Positions 48,322 through 58,557 of a DNA stretch of 64,000 nucleotides are shown here, one piece after another (positions within the stretch are counted from its first letter, which is position 1; every line of letters starts with the position of its first letter). Origin of the DNA: Myxococcales bacterium (GTDB lineage: Bacteria > Myxococcota_A > Polyangia > Polyangiales > Ga0077539); contig JAUSAZ010000005.1 in assembly GCA_030652255.1 (NCBI GenBank), positions 6,685-70,684 of the forward strand, written 5' to 3'. Under the pieces are notes generated by a model. That model saw only the letters and a list, made by a program, of their open reading frames with translations, had not been told where the DNA came from and did not search any database. Position numbers and translations under genes: made by a program.

Positions 48322-48849
48322 ATGGAAAACGCCGTCGCGCTGCTCATGGCCATCGTGCTGCTCACCGCCGTGATCTCGTGGTTCAACCGCCGCCACGACC
48401 GCATGAAGGCCTCCGCCGGCCCGACGCCCGACGAGCGGGTCGAGGCCGCCTGGGAGGGCTTCGGCTTCGGTGACGACCCCGCCGCCGCCCGCGCCGCCCT
48501 CGACGCGCTCCTCGACGAGGTCGACCCCGCCGCGCTGCGCCGCAAGAACTCCATCGTGTCGCTCGCGGTGATGGCCGCGCGCACCGAGCACTACGACGTG
48601 CTCCCGGCGCTGGCCGAGCAGGCCCGCGCGCTCGACGGCGGCTGCGGCGAGACCGCGGCGCTCGCGGTGCTGGCCGAGGCCTGCGCGGGCGACCCCCGGC
48701 GCGCGCGGGAGATGTACGTCGCCTCGCAGTCCGCGATGGCGGGCTGCGGCTCGTGCGGCACCCAGGGGCCCGGGCGCTACCTGATGCAGGAGGTCGCGAT
48801 CATGGTCGACGCCATGGACGGCCCCGCGCCGTCGGCCGTCGTCCACTGA
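48322..48849 (+). CDS. Membrane-anchored hypothetical protein
   Basis: N-terminal TM (AVALLMAIVLLTAVISWF), helical body, GCGSCG motif. Confidence 0.75.
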   Translation: MENAVALLMAIVLLTAVISWFNRRHDRMKASAGPTPDERVEAAWEGFGFGDDPAAARAALDALLDEVDPAALRRKNSIVSLAVMAARTEHYDVLPALAEQARALDGGCGETAALAVLAEACAGDPRRAREMYVASQSAMAGCGSCGTQGPGRYLMQEVAIMVDAMDGPAPSAVVH

Positions 48850-48865
48850 CCCGGCCGCGCGACGC

Positions 48866-50011
48866 TCAGTAGCCTTCGAGCTTGCTGATGATCTCGTTCA
48901 TGATCTCGCGGGTGCCGCCACCAATGGGGTAGAGCCGCGCGTCGCGGTACAGCCGCTCGACCAGGTATCCGCGCATGTACCCGTAGCCCCCGTGTATCTG
49001 CACCGCCGCGTCGCAGACCGCGCTGCACATGTCCGTCGCGGTGTTCTTCGCCATCGCCGCGAGGCCCGCGGCGGCCATGTCCCCGGCCAGCACACGCGAC
49101 ACCACCTCGCCGGTCAGCGCGCGCGCCGCGGCGATGCGCGTCGCCATGTCCGCCAGCTTGTGCCGCGTCACCTGGAACCCGCTCAGCGCCTTGCCGAAGG
49201 CCATCCGCTCGCGGGCGTAGGCCACCGACTCCTGGTACGCCAGCGTCGCGATCGCCACGCACTGCGCCGCCAGGAACACCCGCTCCGTCGCGAAGTTCTG
49301 CATGATCGTCACGAAGCCCTGGTCGACCTCGCCGAGCACGTTGCCCATCGGCACCCGGCAGTCCTCGAAGTGGAGCTCGGCGGTGTCCGACGCCCACCAG
49401 CCCATCTTCTTCAGCTTACGCCCAACGGTAAAACCGGGCGTGCCCTTCTCCACCACCAGCAGCGACACGCCGCCGTGCCCGGGGCCCCCGGTGCGCACCG
49501 CCACGGTCACCAGGTCGGCCCTCGCCCCGGAGGTGATGAAGGTCTTGCTGCCGTTGATCACCAGCTCGTCGCCGTCGCGCACGGCCCGCGTCTGGAGGTT
49601 GGCCACGTCGCTGCCGCCCCCCGGCTCGGTGATCGCCAGCGCCGACACCCACTCGCCCCGCAGCACCCGCGGCACCCAGCGCAGCTTCTGCTCCTCGGTG
49701 CCCGCCCGCAGGATGGGCGGCAGCGCGATGCCGTGGCTGCCGAGCCCCACGGTGGTGCCCACCGAGCGCCCCGCGAGCACCATCGACTCGCTCGCCGCCA
49801 CCACGTGCGACAGGTCTCCGCCGCCGCCGCCGTAGGCCTCGGGGTACCCGACGCCCAGCACCCCCGCCGCGGCGGCCCTGCGGTAGAGGTCGAGCGGAAA
49901 CTCCTCGGCCTCCTCCCAGGCGTCGGCGTGGGGCGCGATCTCCGCCGCGGCGAAGCGCTCCACCTGGGCGCGCAGCGCGGCATGCTCGTCGTTCTCGAAG
50001 AGGTAGGGCAT
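48866..50011 (-). CDS. Acyl-CoA dehydrogenase
   Basis: AITEPGGGSDV, NGSKTFITSG, KKMGWWASDTAELHF, IHGGYGY, IGGGTREIM. Confidence 0.96.
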   Translation of the reverse strand: MPYLFENDEHAALRAQVERFAAAEIAPHADAWEEAEEFPLDLYRRAAAAGVLGVGYPEAYGGGGGDLSHVVAASESMVLAGRSVGTTVGLGSHGIALPPILRAGTEEQKLRWVPRVLRGEWVSALAITEPGGGSDVANLQTRAVRDGDELVINGSKTFITSGARADLVTVAVRTGGPGHGGVSLLVVEKGTPGFTVGRKLKKMGWWASDTAELHFEDCRVPMGNVLGEVDQGFVTIMQNFATERVFLAAQCVAIATLAYQESVAYARERMAFGKALSGFQVTRHKLADMATRIAAARALTGEVVSRVLAGDMAAAGLAAMAKNTATDMCSAVCDAAVQIHGGYGYMRGYLVERLYRDARLYPIGGGTREIMNEIISKLEGY

Positions 50012-50127
50012 GACCGCTACGGGTATCACAGCTCCGGCGCGAACCGGCCGCGGGTTGCGGTACGATCGCCCCGCGCGACCGTCGCGCTTACGAGGTCTGG
50101 TATGTCCCGCCGCACACGCACCGCCCC

Positions 50128-51384
50128 ATGAGGCTCGCCGAACGGATCGATCTCGCCAACGCCGAGGCCGCCCGCCGGCTCACCGCGAGCCGCGCGCGCT
50201 GGGTCGACGTGCGCCCGCTGCGCGACGTGGTGCTCGACCTCGGCGCCTACGAGCTCACCCACGGCGGCCCGCCGCTGCTCTGGCGCGAGATGGGCGGCGC
50301 GCAGCGGGGCGCGGTGCTCGCCGCGGTGCTCTACGAGGGCTGGGCGCGCACCCCGGCGGAGGCGCGCGGGATGCTCGACCGCGCGGAGGTGTCGCTGCGC
50401 CCCAACCACCACGCCGGCGGGGTCGGCACGGGCGCGGGGGTCGGGTCGCCGACGATGCCGGTGTGCGTGCTCGAGGAGCGCGGCGTGGCCGACCGGCAGG
50501 GCACGCTCTCCTGGGCGCCGCTCGCACCCGCGGGCATCGACGCCGGGGCCCACGACGCCGCGACCCTCGCGCGCCGCCGGCGCTGGCGCGAGGCCCTCGC
50601 CCCGGCGCTCGGCCGGGCGGTGGCCGCGCGGGGGGGCCTCGACGTCGACGCCGTCGTCGCGCGGGCGCTGCACATGGGCGACGATCTGGTGCACCGCACG
50701 GACGCGTCGACCGCCCTGGCGGTGGCGGCCCTCGCCCCGGCGCTGACGGCCGCGGGGCTCGACGGCGACGCGCTGCGCGAGCTGGTCGACGGGCTCACGG
50801 AGGGGGAGGGGTTCTTCGGGGCGCTGGCGCTGGCGGCGGCGAAGCTGGCGTGCGACGGAGCGCAGGTGGAGGACAGCACGGTGGTCACGGCGATGAGCCG
50901 CAACGGGGTGCGCTGCGGCGTGCGCCTCGCGGGCACGGGCGAGCGGTGGTTCACGGCGCCGGCGCCGACGGTGAAGGGGCGGCTGCGCGACGGATACGAC
51001 GACGCCGACGCGGGGCGCGACCACGGCGACTCGGCCCTCGCGGAGGCCGCGGGCCTCGGGGCCTTCGCGCTCGCCGGGGCGCCCGCGCTGCACGCGCTGC
51101 TCGGCACCCGCACCGCCGACGGGCTGCGCGTGACCCGGGACATGGCCGAGGTCACCGTCGCGCGGCACCCGCGGTACACGCTCCCGGCGCTGGAGTTCGC
51201 GGGCGCCCCGGTGGGCATCGACGCGCGGCGGGTGCTCGACACGGGCATCCTGCCGGTCATCGGCGCGACCATCGAGCACCGCGAGGCGGGGCACCGGCCC
51301 ATCGGCGCGGGGCTGACGCGCTTCCCGAGGGAGTGCTTCACCGCGGCCATCGAGCACTTCGCCGACGCGCGGGGCGTCCGGTGA
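50128..51384 (+). CDS. DUF1116 (YlbE/YahG-like) protein, divergent
   Basis: THGGPP, LYEGWA, MSRNG, WFTAP, GDSA, DARRVLDTGILP, IGAG align with recalled YlbE motifs. Confidence 0.85.
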   Translation: MRLAERIDLANAEAARRLTASRARWVDVRPLRDVVLDLGAYELTHGGPPLLWREMGGAQRGAVLAAVLYEGWARTPAEARGMLDRAEVSLRPNHHAGGVGTGAGVGSPTMPVCVLEERGVADRQGTLSWAPLAPAGIDAGAHDAATLARRRRWREALAPALGRAVAARGGLDVDAVVARALHMGDDLVHRTDASTALAVAALAPALTAAGLDGDALRELVDGLTEGEGFFGALALAAAKLACDGAQVEDSTVVTAMSRNGVRCGVRLAGTGERWFTAPAPTVKGRLRDGYDDADAGRDHGDSALAEAAGLGAFALAGAPALHALLGTRTADGLRVTRDMAEVTVARHPRYTLPALEFAGAPVGIDARRVLDTGILPVIGATIEHREAGHRPIGAGLTRFPRECFTAAIEHFADARGVR

Positions 51385-52928
51385 GCGGGGCGATGCGGGC
51401 GATGATCCGCGCGGACGAGTACCGCGACGCGGGGGTGCTGCTGGGCCTCACGCAGCACATGGAGTCCGTGGCCGGGGTGCGCCGCGCGGTGGCCATGATG
51501 GGCGCGCCGCGCAACCTCGAGGTGCTGCGCAAGATGGGCCTCGCGCCGGACTACTGGCCCGTGCCCCCGAAGCCCTGCGACCTGGTGGTGGTGGCCCAGG
51601 CCGACGACGAGGACGCCGTGGTGGAGGCGATGCGCCGGGCCGACGCGTGGCTGGCGGCGCGGCCCCCGGCGGGCGCGCTCGTGGCGCAGGGCACCGCCCT
51701 CGACGACGCCCCGCGCACGCTCGCGCAGGCCCTCGCGCGGCAGCCCGAGGCGCACCTCGCGCTGGTGTCGGTGCCCGGGGCCTTCGCGGCGCGCGAGGCG
51801 CGGCGGGCCCTGGAGCAGGGGCTCTCGGTGATGCTCACCAGCGACGGGGTCAGCGAGGACGACGAGGCGTCGCTCAAGGCGCTCGCCGACACCCGCGGGC
51901 TGCTGGTGCTGGGCCCCGACTGCGGCGCCGCCATCCTCGACGGGGTGTCGCTGGGCTTCGCCGGGGCGGTGCGCCGCGGGGACATCGCCGTCGTCGCGGC
52001 CTCGGGCTCCGGGCTGGTCGAGCTCGCGTCGGTCATCCACCGGCTGGGCGGCGGGGTGTCGCACGCGGTGGGCGCGGGCGACCGCGACCTCACCGACGCC
52101 ATCGGCGGGCGCACCACGCTGGCGGCGCTCGACCGGCTCGCGGGCGACCCCGCCACGAAGACCATCGTGCTGCTCGCGCGCGGCGGCTCTCGCGCGGTGC
52201 TGCTGCGGGCCGCGGAGCGCGCCGCGGCCACCGGGCGCCCGGTGGTGGCGCACCTCGTGGGCGCGGCCGACGGGCTACCGCCGGTGCCCGGGGTGAGCTG
52301 GGCGACGTCCATCGCGGACGCGGCGCGGCGCGCGTGCGAGCTCAGCGGGGTGACCGCCCCGCCGTGGGAGACCGCCGCCCTGGTGCGACCCGACTACGCG
52401 CCGGCGCAGCGCTGGCTCCGCGGGCTGTACGTGGGCGGGACGCTCTGCGCCGAGGCCCTGGCGCGCTGCCGCGGGCTCGCGCCCCTGTCGTCCAACCTGG
52501 GGCTCGACGGGGTGACGCACAGCGCGCGCTTCCGCATGCCGGGGCACCACCTGCTCGACCTCGGCGACGAGGGGTACACCCGCGGGCGGACGCACCCGGT
52601 GCTCGACCCCTCGCTGCGGGTCGACGCGATGTTCAACGCGGCCAACGACGAGGCCGTGGCGGTGCTGCTCTTCGACGTGCTGCCGGGCCCGGAGACCGAT
52701 CCCGTGGAGGCCCTGCGGGCGGCGCTGACGGCGGTGCGCGAGCGCTCGCGGGCGCGCGGCGGGGAGATCGCGATGGTGGCGGCGGTGGCGGGCACCGACG
52801 ACGACCCGCAGCGGCGCGGTGCGCTGGTGGCGGCGCTCGAGGCGCTGGGGGTGACGGTGATGCCCGACCACGTGACGGCGGTGGAGGCGGCGCTGGCGCT
52901 GCTGCCAGCAGGCGAAGAGGGGCGATGA
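51381..52928 (+). CDS. fdrA: FdrA-like protein (succinyl-CoA ligase alpha-like fold)
   Basis: MMGAPRN, LALVSVPG, GPDCG, ASGSG, GLYVGGTLCAEA, DLGDEGYTRGRTHPVLDP, VAGTDDDPQ. Confidence 0.88.
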   Translation: MSGAMRAMIRADEYRDAGVLLGLTQHMESVAGVRRAVAMMGAPRNLEVLRKMGLAPDYWPVPPKPCDLVVVAQADDEDAVVEAMRRADAWLAARPPAGALVAQGTALDDAPRTLAQALARQPEAHLALVSVPGAFAAREARRALEQGLSVMLTSDGVSEDDEASLKALADTRGLLVLGPDCGAAILDGVSLGFAGAVRRGDIAVVAASGSGLVELASVIHRLGGGVSHAVGAGDRDLTDAIGGRTTLAALDRLAGDPATKTIVLLARGGSRAVLLRAAERAAATGRPVVAHLVGAADGLPPVPGVSWATSIADAARRACELSGVTAPPWETAALVRPDYAPAQRWLRGLYVGGTLCAEALARCRGLAPLSSNLGLDGVTHSARFRMPGHHLLDLGDEGYTRGRTHPVLDPSLRVDAMFNAANDEAVAVLLFDVLPGPETDPVEALRAALTAVRERSRARGGEIAMVAAVAGTDDDPQRRGALVAALEALGVTVMPDHVTAVEAALALLPAGEEGR

Positions 52929-53116
52929 GGCGCGACGACGAGCACGAGCAGGACGTGTACGGGACCTTCGGCGTGCGCGCCGGGGTGGTGGTGCTGGGCC
53001 TCGAGGTGCTCGCGGAGTCGCCGCGGGCGGCGGGCGTCCCGGTGGTGGTGGTCGCGTGGGAGCCGCCGGCGGGCGGCGACGAGCGGCTGGCCCGCATCGT
53101 CGCGGGGCTGCTGTGA
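52925..53116 (+). CDS. Stand-alone FdrA C-terminal-like small protein
   Basis: VVVLGLEVLAES...VAWEPPAGGDERLARIV matches the recalled C-terminal tail of FdrA; ATGA overlap. Confidence 0.75.
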   Translation: MRRDDEHEQDVYGTFGVRAGVVVLGLEVLAESPRAAGVPVVVVAWEPPAGGDERLARIVAGLL

Positions 53117-54294
53117 CGCGGCCTCGGGTGCGCACGGGCCTGGAGGCCCTGGTCGGGGACGAGGCCCGGCGGGTGCGGGGCCGCGCGGTGGGGCTGCTGG
53201 CCCACCCGGCGAGCGTGACCTCGGAGCTGTGGCACGCCCGCGAGGTGCTGGCGGGCGCGGGGGCGTCGGTGCGCGCGCTCTTCGGCCCGGAGCACGGGGT
53301 GGGCGGCGAGGCGCAGGACATGGAGGGCGTCGCCGACGGGGGCGGGCCCCTGCGCACGTACTCGCTGTACGGCTCGGAGTACGCGTCGCTGAGCCCGCAG
53401 CCCGCGTGGCTCGACGGGCTCGACGCGATGGTGATCGACCTCCAGGACGTCGGCTCGCGCTACTACACCTTCGTCTGGACGGCGCTCCTGATGGCGCGGG
53501 CCTGCGCGGCGCGGGGCATCGAGGTGCTGGTGTGCGACCGGCCCAACCCCCTCGGCGGGGCGGTGATCGAGGGCGCGCCGCAGCGGCCCGAGCTGCGCTC
53601 CTTCGTGGGCCTGGAGGCCTGTCCCGTGCGGCACGGGCTGACGCTGGGCGAGGTGCTCTCGTGGCGGGCGGGGGTGGAGTCGCTCACCAACGTGACGGTC
53701 ATCCCGATGGAGGGGTGGACGCGCGAGATGCGCTGGGAGGACACCGGGCTGCCGTGGGTGCTCCCGTCGCCCAACATGCCGACGCCCGACACGGCGACGG
53801 TGTACCCGGGCGGGTGTCTGCTGGAGGGCACCAACCTCTCCGAGGGCCGCGGGACGACGCGACCCTTCGAGGTGTTCGGGGCGCCGTGGGTCGACGCCGC
53901 GGCGCTGGCGTCGGCGCTGGAGTCGGAGGGCGGCGGCGGGATGCGAGCGCGGGCGATGAGCTTCCGGCCGATGTTCCAGAAGCACGCCGGGGTGACCTGC
54001 GAGGGGGTGCAGGTGCACGTCACCGACGCGCGGGCCTTCGCGCCGTACCGGGCGTACCTCGCGGCGCTGCGGGCGTGCCGGCGCTTCGAGGGATTCCGCT
54101 GGCGCACCGAGCGGTACGAGTTCGTCGACGACGTGCCGGCGGTCGACCTGCTCACCGGCGACGGGGCCGTGCGCGAAGGCCTCGACGCGGGCGCGACCGT
54201 GGATGAGCTGCTCGCCATCGGGAGCGAGCGCATGGGCGCGTGGCGCGAGGGCGAGCGGGGGCGCTGGCTCTATCCCGGGCGGGACGGGCGTTGA
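53113..54294 (+). CDS. DUF1343 exo-beta-N-acetylmuramidase (NamZ-like)
   Basis: LFGPEHG, DLQDVGSRYYTF, DRPNPLGG, PSPNMP, LEGTNLSEGRGTTRPFE. Confidence 0.93.
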   Translation: MTRPRVRTGLEALVGDEARRVRGRAVGLLAHPASVTSELWHAREVLAGAGASVRALFGPEHGVGGEAQDMEGVADGGGPLRTYSLYGSEYASLSPQPAWLDGLDAMVIDLQDVGSRYYTFVWTALLMARACAARGIEVLVCDRPNPLGGAVIEGAPQRPELRSFVGLEACPVRHGLTLGEVLSWRAGVESLTNVTVIPMEGWTREMRWEDTGLPWVLPSPNMPTPDTATVYPGGCLLEGTNLSEGRGTTRPFEVFGAPWVDAAALASALESEGGGGMRARAMSFRPMFQKHAGVTCEGVQVHVTDARAFAPYRAYLAALRACRRFEGFRWRTERYEFVDDVPAVDLLTGDGAVREGLDAGATVDELLAIGSERMGAWREGERGRWLYPGRDGR

Positions 54295-54395
54295 CCCTCG
54301 ACGGCGGGGCTCCGCGGGACGAACTATAGGAGTCCACCGACCGCCCATGAGGGGTGATCAGCCCCGCGGGACACCCGATCGAAGGAAGTGCATTG

Positions 54396-55388
54396 ATGGA
54401 CGATGATCAGCGATCAGCCCCGCCGACCAGGGAGTTTGCAGAGGCGCTGAGCGGCGGCGCGGCGGGCGAGCGGGCGGGCCTCCTCGGGCTCGGCCGGAAG
54501 GACCCGCGGTCCCTCATCGCCGTCCGCCACTTCGCCGGGCCCGACTCCTTCGTGGGTCAGCTCGACGGGCTGCGCATCGCCCACCTCACGGACATCCATG
54601 TCGGGCGCGTCACCCCGATGGCCATCCAGAACGCCGCGGTGGCGCTCACCAATGAGGCCAATCCCGACCTCGTGGTCATCACCGGCGACTTCGTATGTCA
54701 TAGCCAGAAGTACCTCGACCAGCTCGAGGCCCTGGTGCGCGGCTTCAAAGCCCCGGTCATCGGGGTGCTGGGCAACCACGATTACTGGTCGGGCGCCGCG
54801 GAGGTGCGGGCGGCGCTCAAGCGCGGCGGCGTGGAGGTGCTCGACAACGCGCACACCACCGTCACCCTGCGCCACCAGCGGCTCCAGGTGCTCGGCCTCG
54901 ACGACGCCTACACGGGCCACGCCGACCGCGCGCGCGCCCTCAAGGGGCTCGACGCCCGCCTCCCCACGCTGGGCCTCTCGCACATCGCCGAGGAGGCCGA
55001 CCGCCTCTGGCCTCACGGCGTCGGGCTGGTGCTCTCGGGGCACACCCACGCCGGCCAGGTGACCCTCGCGCGGCTGCACGAGCTCGCCATCGGGCACCTC
55101 GCCGGGCACCGCTATGTGCATGGGCTCTATGGCACCCGGCGAAGGGGCGTCGCGCCCGGCGGGGCCGTCTATGTGGGCGCGGGCATCGGCGCGTCGGTGA
55201 TCCCCCTGCGGCTGGGCGAGCGGGGGCGCCGCGAGGTCGCCATCTTCGAGCTCGGCATGGCGCTCGGGACGCTCGACGAACACCACGGCGAGCAGGCTCC
55301 CTTGAAGGGGCGCGCGCCCGCGCCCGAGCTGGTGGCGAAGCGCAACGCCGCCGTGCACAAGAAGCAGGCGAAGCGCGCGAAGCAGTGA
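54396..55388 (+). CDS. Calcineurin-like metallophosphoesterase
   Basis: HLTDIHVG, ITGDF, LGNHD, LSH, SGHTHAGQ. Confidence 0.92.
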   Translation: MDDDQRSAPPTREFAEALSGGAAGERAGLLGLGRKDPRSLIAVRHFAGPDSFVGQLDGLRIAHLTDIHVGRVTPMAIQNAAVALTNEANPDLVVITGDFVCHSQKYLDQLEALVRGFKAPVIGVLGNHDYWSGAAEVRAALKRGGVEVLDNAHTTVTLRHQRLQVLGLDDAYTGHADRARALKGLDARLPTLGLSHIAEEADRLWPHGVGLVLSGHTHAGQVTLARLHELAIGHLAGHRYVHGLYGTRRRGVAPGGAVYVGAGIGASVIPLRLGERGRREVAIFELGMALGTLDEHHGEQAPLKGRAPAPELVAKRNAAVHKKQAKRAKQ

Positions 55389-55405
55389 GCGCCCGGCGAG
55401 ACTTC

Positions 55406-55432
55406 CAATCAGCGCCGCCGGCGCCCTGATTG
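55406..55432 (+). terminator. Hairpin after the metallophosphoesterase gene
   Basis: CAATCAG-CGCC...GGCG-cc-CTGATTG. Confidence 0.4.
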
Positions 55433-55625
55433 CGAGTCGGCCGGGCAGAGCTCCGGGCCGTCACTGGACACCTGCTCCCGATCGACGACTCGCGACATTG
55501 CACTAACTACTTCCACTGAAAGTCCATATGCGGTACGGCTGCCGCAATCCCCGCCAGCTGGCAGGCACGCGCCCGCGCGTCTTTCGGCTGAAACTTTCCC
55601 CATTTGAGTTCGTGAAAGAGTCGCC

Positions 55626-56234
<609 letters not shown>

Positions 56235-56283
56235 TCCCGTCCGTTCGTCGGTCGTATGGGGATACGAGCGGGGGGACGCTCGC

Positions 56284-56931
56284 CTACGAATGTCGGGTCA
56301 GGATCGGGAACGCCGCGATCAATCCATCAATGATGAACTGCGCCGCCACCGCGGCGAGGATCAGCCCCATCACGCGGGCGATGACGTTCATTCCAGTGAG
56401 GCCGAGCACCCGCGCGATGCGCGACGCGCTGCGCAGCACCAGCCAGGTGAGCAGCGCCACCGCGGCGATCGCCGCCACGAGCGCGCCCTTCTCGGGAAAC
56501 GAGTGCGCGCGGGCGGAGAGCACCATCACCGACGCGATGGCCCCGGGGCCGGAGAGCAGCGGGATGCCCACCGGCATGAGGCCGACGTCCTCGCGGGAGG
56601 TGGCGTCGGCGTTCTCCTCGGGGGTGCTCTTCGTGGTGGAGACCTGGGCGTTCATCATGTCGAAGGCCACCGCGAAGAGCAGCAGTCCTCCGGCGATCTT
56701 GAAGGCCCCGATGGAGATGCCGAAGAACTGGAAGAGCACCTGTCCCGAGAGGGCGAACACCAGCAGCACCGAGAGGGTGGTGACGGCGGCGCGCAGGGCG
56801 GTGCGGCGGCGGTGGAGGTGGCTCTCCCGCGCGGTGAGCGCGAGGTAGACCGGCAACGCCGCGAAGGGGTCGACGATCGCGAAGAGCGACGTGAAGGCGG
56901 TGAGGGCGAAGGAGAGGGCGGGGGGCATCAT
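56284..56931 (-). CDS. MarC family membrane protein
   Basis: LFAIVDPFAALPVYL, FKIAGGLLLF, PVGIPLLSGPGAI, RVMGLILAAVA. Confidence 0.93.
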   Translation of the reverse strand: MMPPALSFALTAFTSLFAIVDPFAALPVYLALTARESHLHRRRTALRAAVTTLSVLLVFALSGQVLFQFFGISIGAFKIAGGLLLFAVAFDMMNAQVSTTKSTPEENADATSREDVGLMPVGIPLLSGPGAIASVMVLSARAHSFPEKGALVAAIAAVALLTWLVLRSASRIARVLGLTGMNVIARVMGLILAAVAAQFIIDGLIAAFPILTRHS

Positions 56932-56977
56932 TGGGGGTACGCGGTCGCGGAGGTATCCGCCGCGCACCCCCGCCCGG

Positions 56978-58324
56978 TCAACGGCAGGCCTGGAGCGGGC
57001 CGCAGCCGGGCTCGCGCGAGGGGAGCGTCTGGGCGCAGCCGGCGAGGTCCTCGAAGGTGTTGCTGTCCATGAAGTCCGGCGTGGAGGCGCCGCGCCAGCC
57101 GCGGAACACCCCGTGGCCCCGGCCGTGCGCGATGCGGGTGTTGCGCACGAAGGCCGACGCGGGAGGCTGCGAGAAGATGATCGCGGCGTCGTGGCGGGCG
57201 ACGTCGCTGCAGGTCGCGAGCACGCAGCCGCAGTCGCCGCCGGTGTACTCCACGGAGACGTGCTCCAGGCGGTTGTCGGCCGAGGGGATGCCGCCGTACC
57301 AGAGGCCCGACCAGTCGCCCGCGCTCGGGGCCGGCGCGGCGCTGGTGATGACGATGGGGCGGGCCGCGGTGCCCACGGCGCGGAGCACGCCCGACGCGGC
57401 GAAGTCGCCGGTGTAGTGCTCGACCTCGAAGCGCGTGCCGGGGTGGAAGCGCATCACCACGCCGGGCTCGACGGTGAGGGTGGTGCGCCCCGGGGCCTCG
57501 CGCCCGCCGGCGCCGATGACGAAGCGGTCGACCCGGGAGTCGCCGATGCGATAGGGCACGCCCCGGTCGCGCATGGTGGAGTCCGCCTGGAGGCCGCCGC
57601 GGCCGTTGGCCCCCTCCGGGTCGACCAGGATCTCGTCGGCGCGGTTGCCCGTGTACGTGCCCGCCGGGAGCCCGTCGATGGCGTGCTCGCCGATGACCAC
57701 CGGGAAGGGGATGGCTTCGCTCCCGGAGCGGGTCACGACGAGGTCCGTCGAGCCGGGGGCGAAGGTGCCGGCGCGCTCCACCACCACGCCAGGACCGAAG
57801 GAGTCCGTGATGGTCACGTGGTCGAGCAGGGCGACGGGCTTCGCCGGGAGCGTCAGGTCGCCGCGCAGCACCAGCGAGGCGTTGCTGTGGAAGCGGTCGG
57901 CGCCGCCGTCGGCGAAGCTCACGTAGCGCAGCGAGGCGCGGGCCGGACCCTCCACCTTCAGCTGCCCCCAGCGGGCGCCGGAGAGGCCCGTGAAGCTGAT
58001 GGGGCGCGACGCCGTGCCCTCGGCCACGAGGCGGGTGTTGGCCCGCGCCAGGGTGAGCGACGCGTCGGCGCGGAACACCACCCGGGCGCAGGGCTCGATG
58101 GTGAGCGTGGCGCCCTCGGCGAGCCGGGTGTCACCCTGCACGACGTGGGGGCTCGCGGCGGCGGTCCAGGTCTCGCTCTGCTCGATGCTGAGCGGGTGGG
58201 TGGTCGGGGTGGTGTTGGTGATCACCGGGCACCCTTCGGGGGCCGGGGCGTCGCCGGGGATGGGGCCACAGGCGGCGGCGAGCGAGGCGAGGGCGATGAC
58301 CGAGAACACGGCGGGAGTACGCAT
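56978..58324 (-). CDS. Secreted lipoprotein with right-handed beta-helix-like repeats
   Basis: Lipobox LAAAC; duplicated ATLTIEPC / TTLTVEPG...GTAARPIVITS...W blocks. Confidence 0.8.
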   Translation of the reverse strand: MRTPAVFSVIALASLAAACGPIPGDAPAPEGCPVITNTTPTTHPLSIEQSETWTAAASPHVVQGDTRLAEGATLTIEPCARVVFRADASLTLARANTRLVAEGTASRPISFTGLSGARWGQLKVEGPARASLRYVSFADGGADRFHSNASLVLRGDLTLPAKPVALLDHVTITDSFGPGVVVERAGTFAPGSTDLVVTRSGSEAIPFPVVIGEHAIDGLPAGTYTGNRADEILVDPEGANGRGGLQADSTMRDRGVPYRIGDSRVDRFVIGAGGREAPGRTTLTVEPGVVMRFHPGTRFEVEHYTGDFAASGVLRAVGTAARPIVITSAAPAPSAGDWSGLWYGGIPSADNRLEHVSVEYTGGDCGCVLATCSDVARHDAAIIFSQPPASAFVRNTRIAHGRGHGVFRGWRGASTPDFMDSNTFEDLAGCAQTLPSREPGCGPLQACR

Positions 58325-58404
58325 TGGAGGACCGGACCTTCCTGGCGCCGCGCGACAACCCCGTGTCGGCGCGGCGCTCCGTTGTTGGATGTGCAAACCC
58401 CTTG

Positions 58405-58420
58405 AGCAACCGACATGCCG
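58405..58420 (-). promoter_or_regulatory. Candidate sigma54 promoter of the beta-helix lipoprotein gene
   Basis: Minus strand reads CGGCATG-TCGG-TTGCT (GG-N10-GC), about 80 nt upstream of ATG 58324. Confidence 0.65.
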
Positions 58421-58557
58421 CGCGGTGTTCTGCACGGAGAGCACATGCTCTCGCCGGGGGCGCCGCGCACGATGGGCGGCGGCGGCGCGACTTGAGCCGA
58501 TCCTGCGCAACACGGCGGAGAGCACCCAGGACGGGTGTGATAGTGACAGGCGCTTCG

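Noticed and set aside
52660-52720. Loss of a catalytic phospho-His in FdrA
   Set aside because: As I recall, E. coli FdrA also lacks His at this position, so its absence is uninformative.
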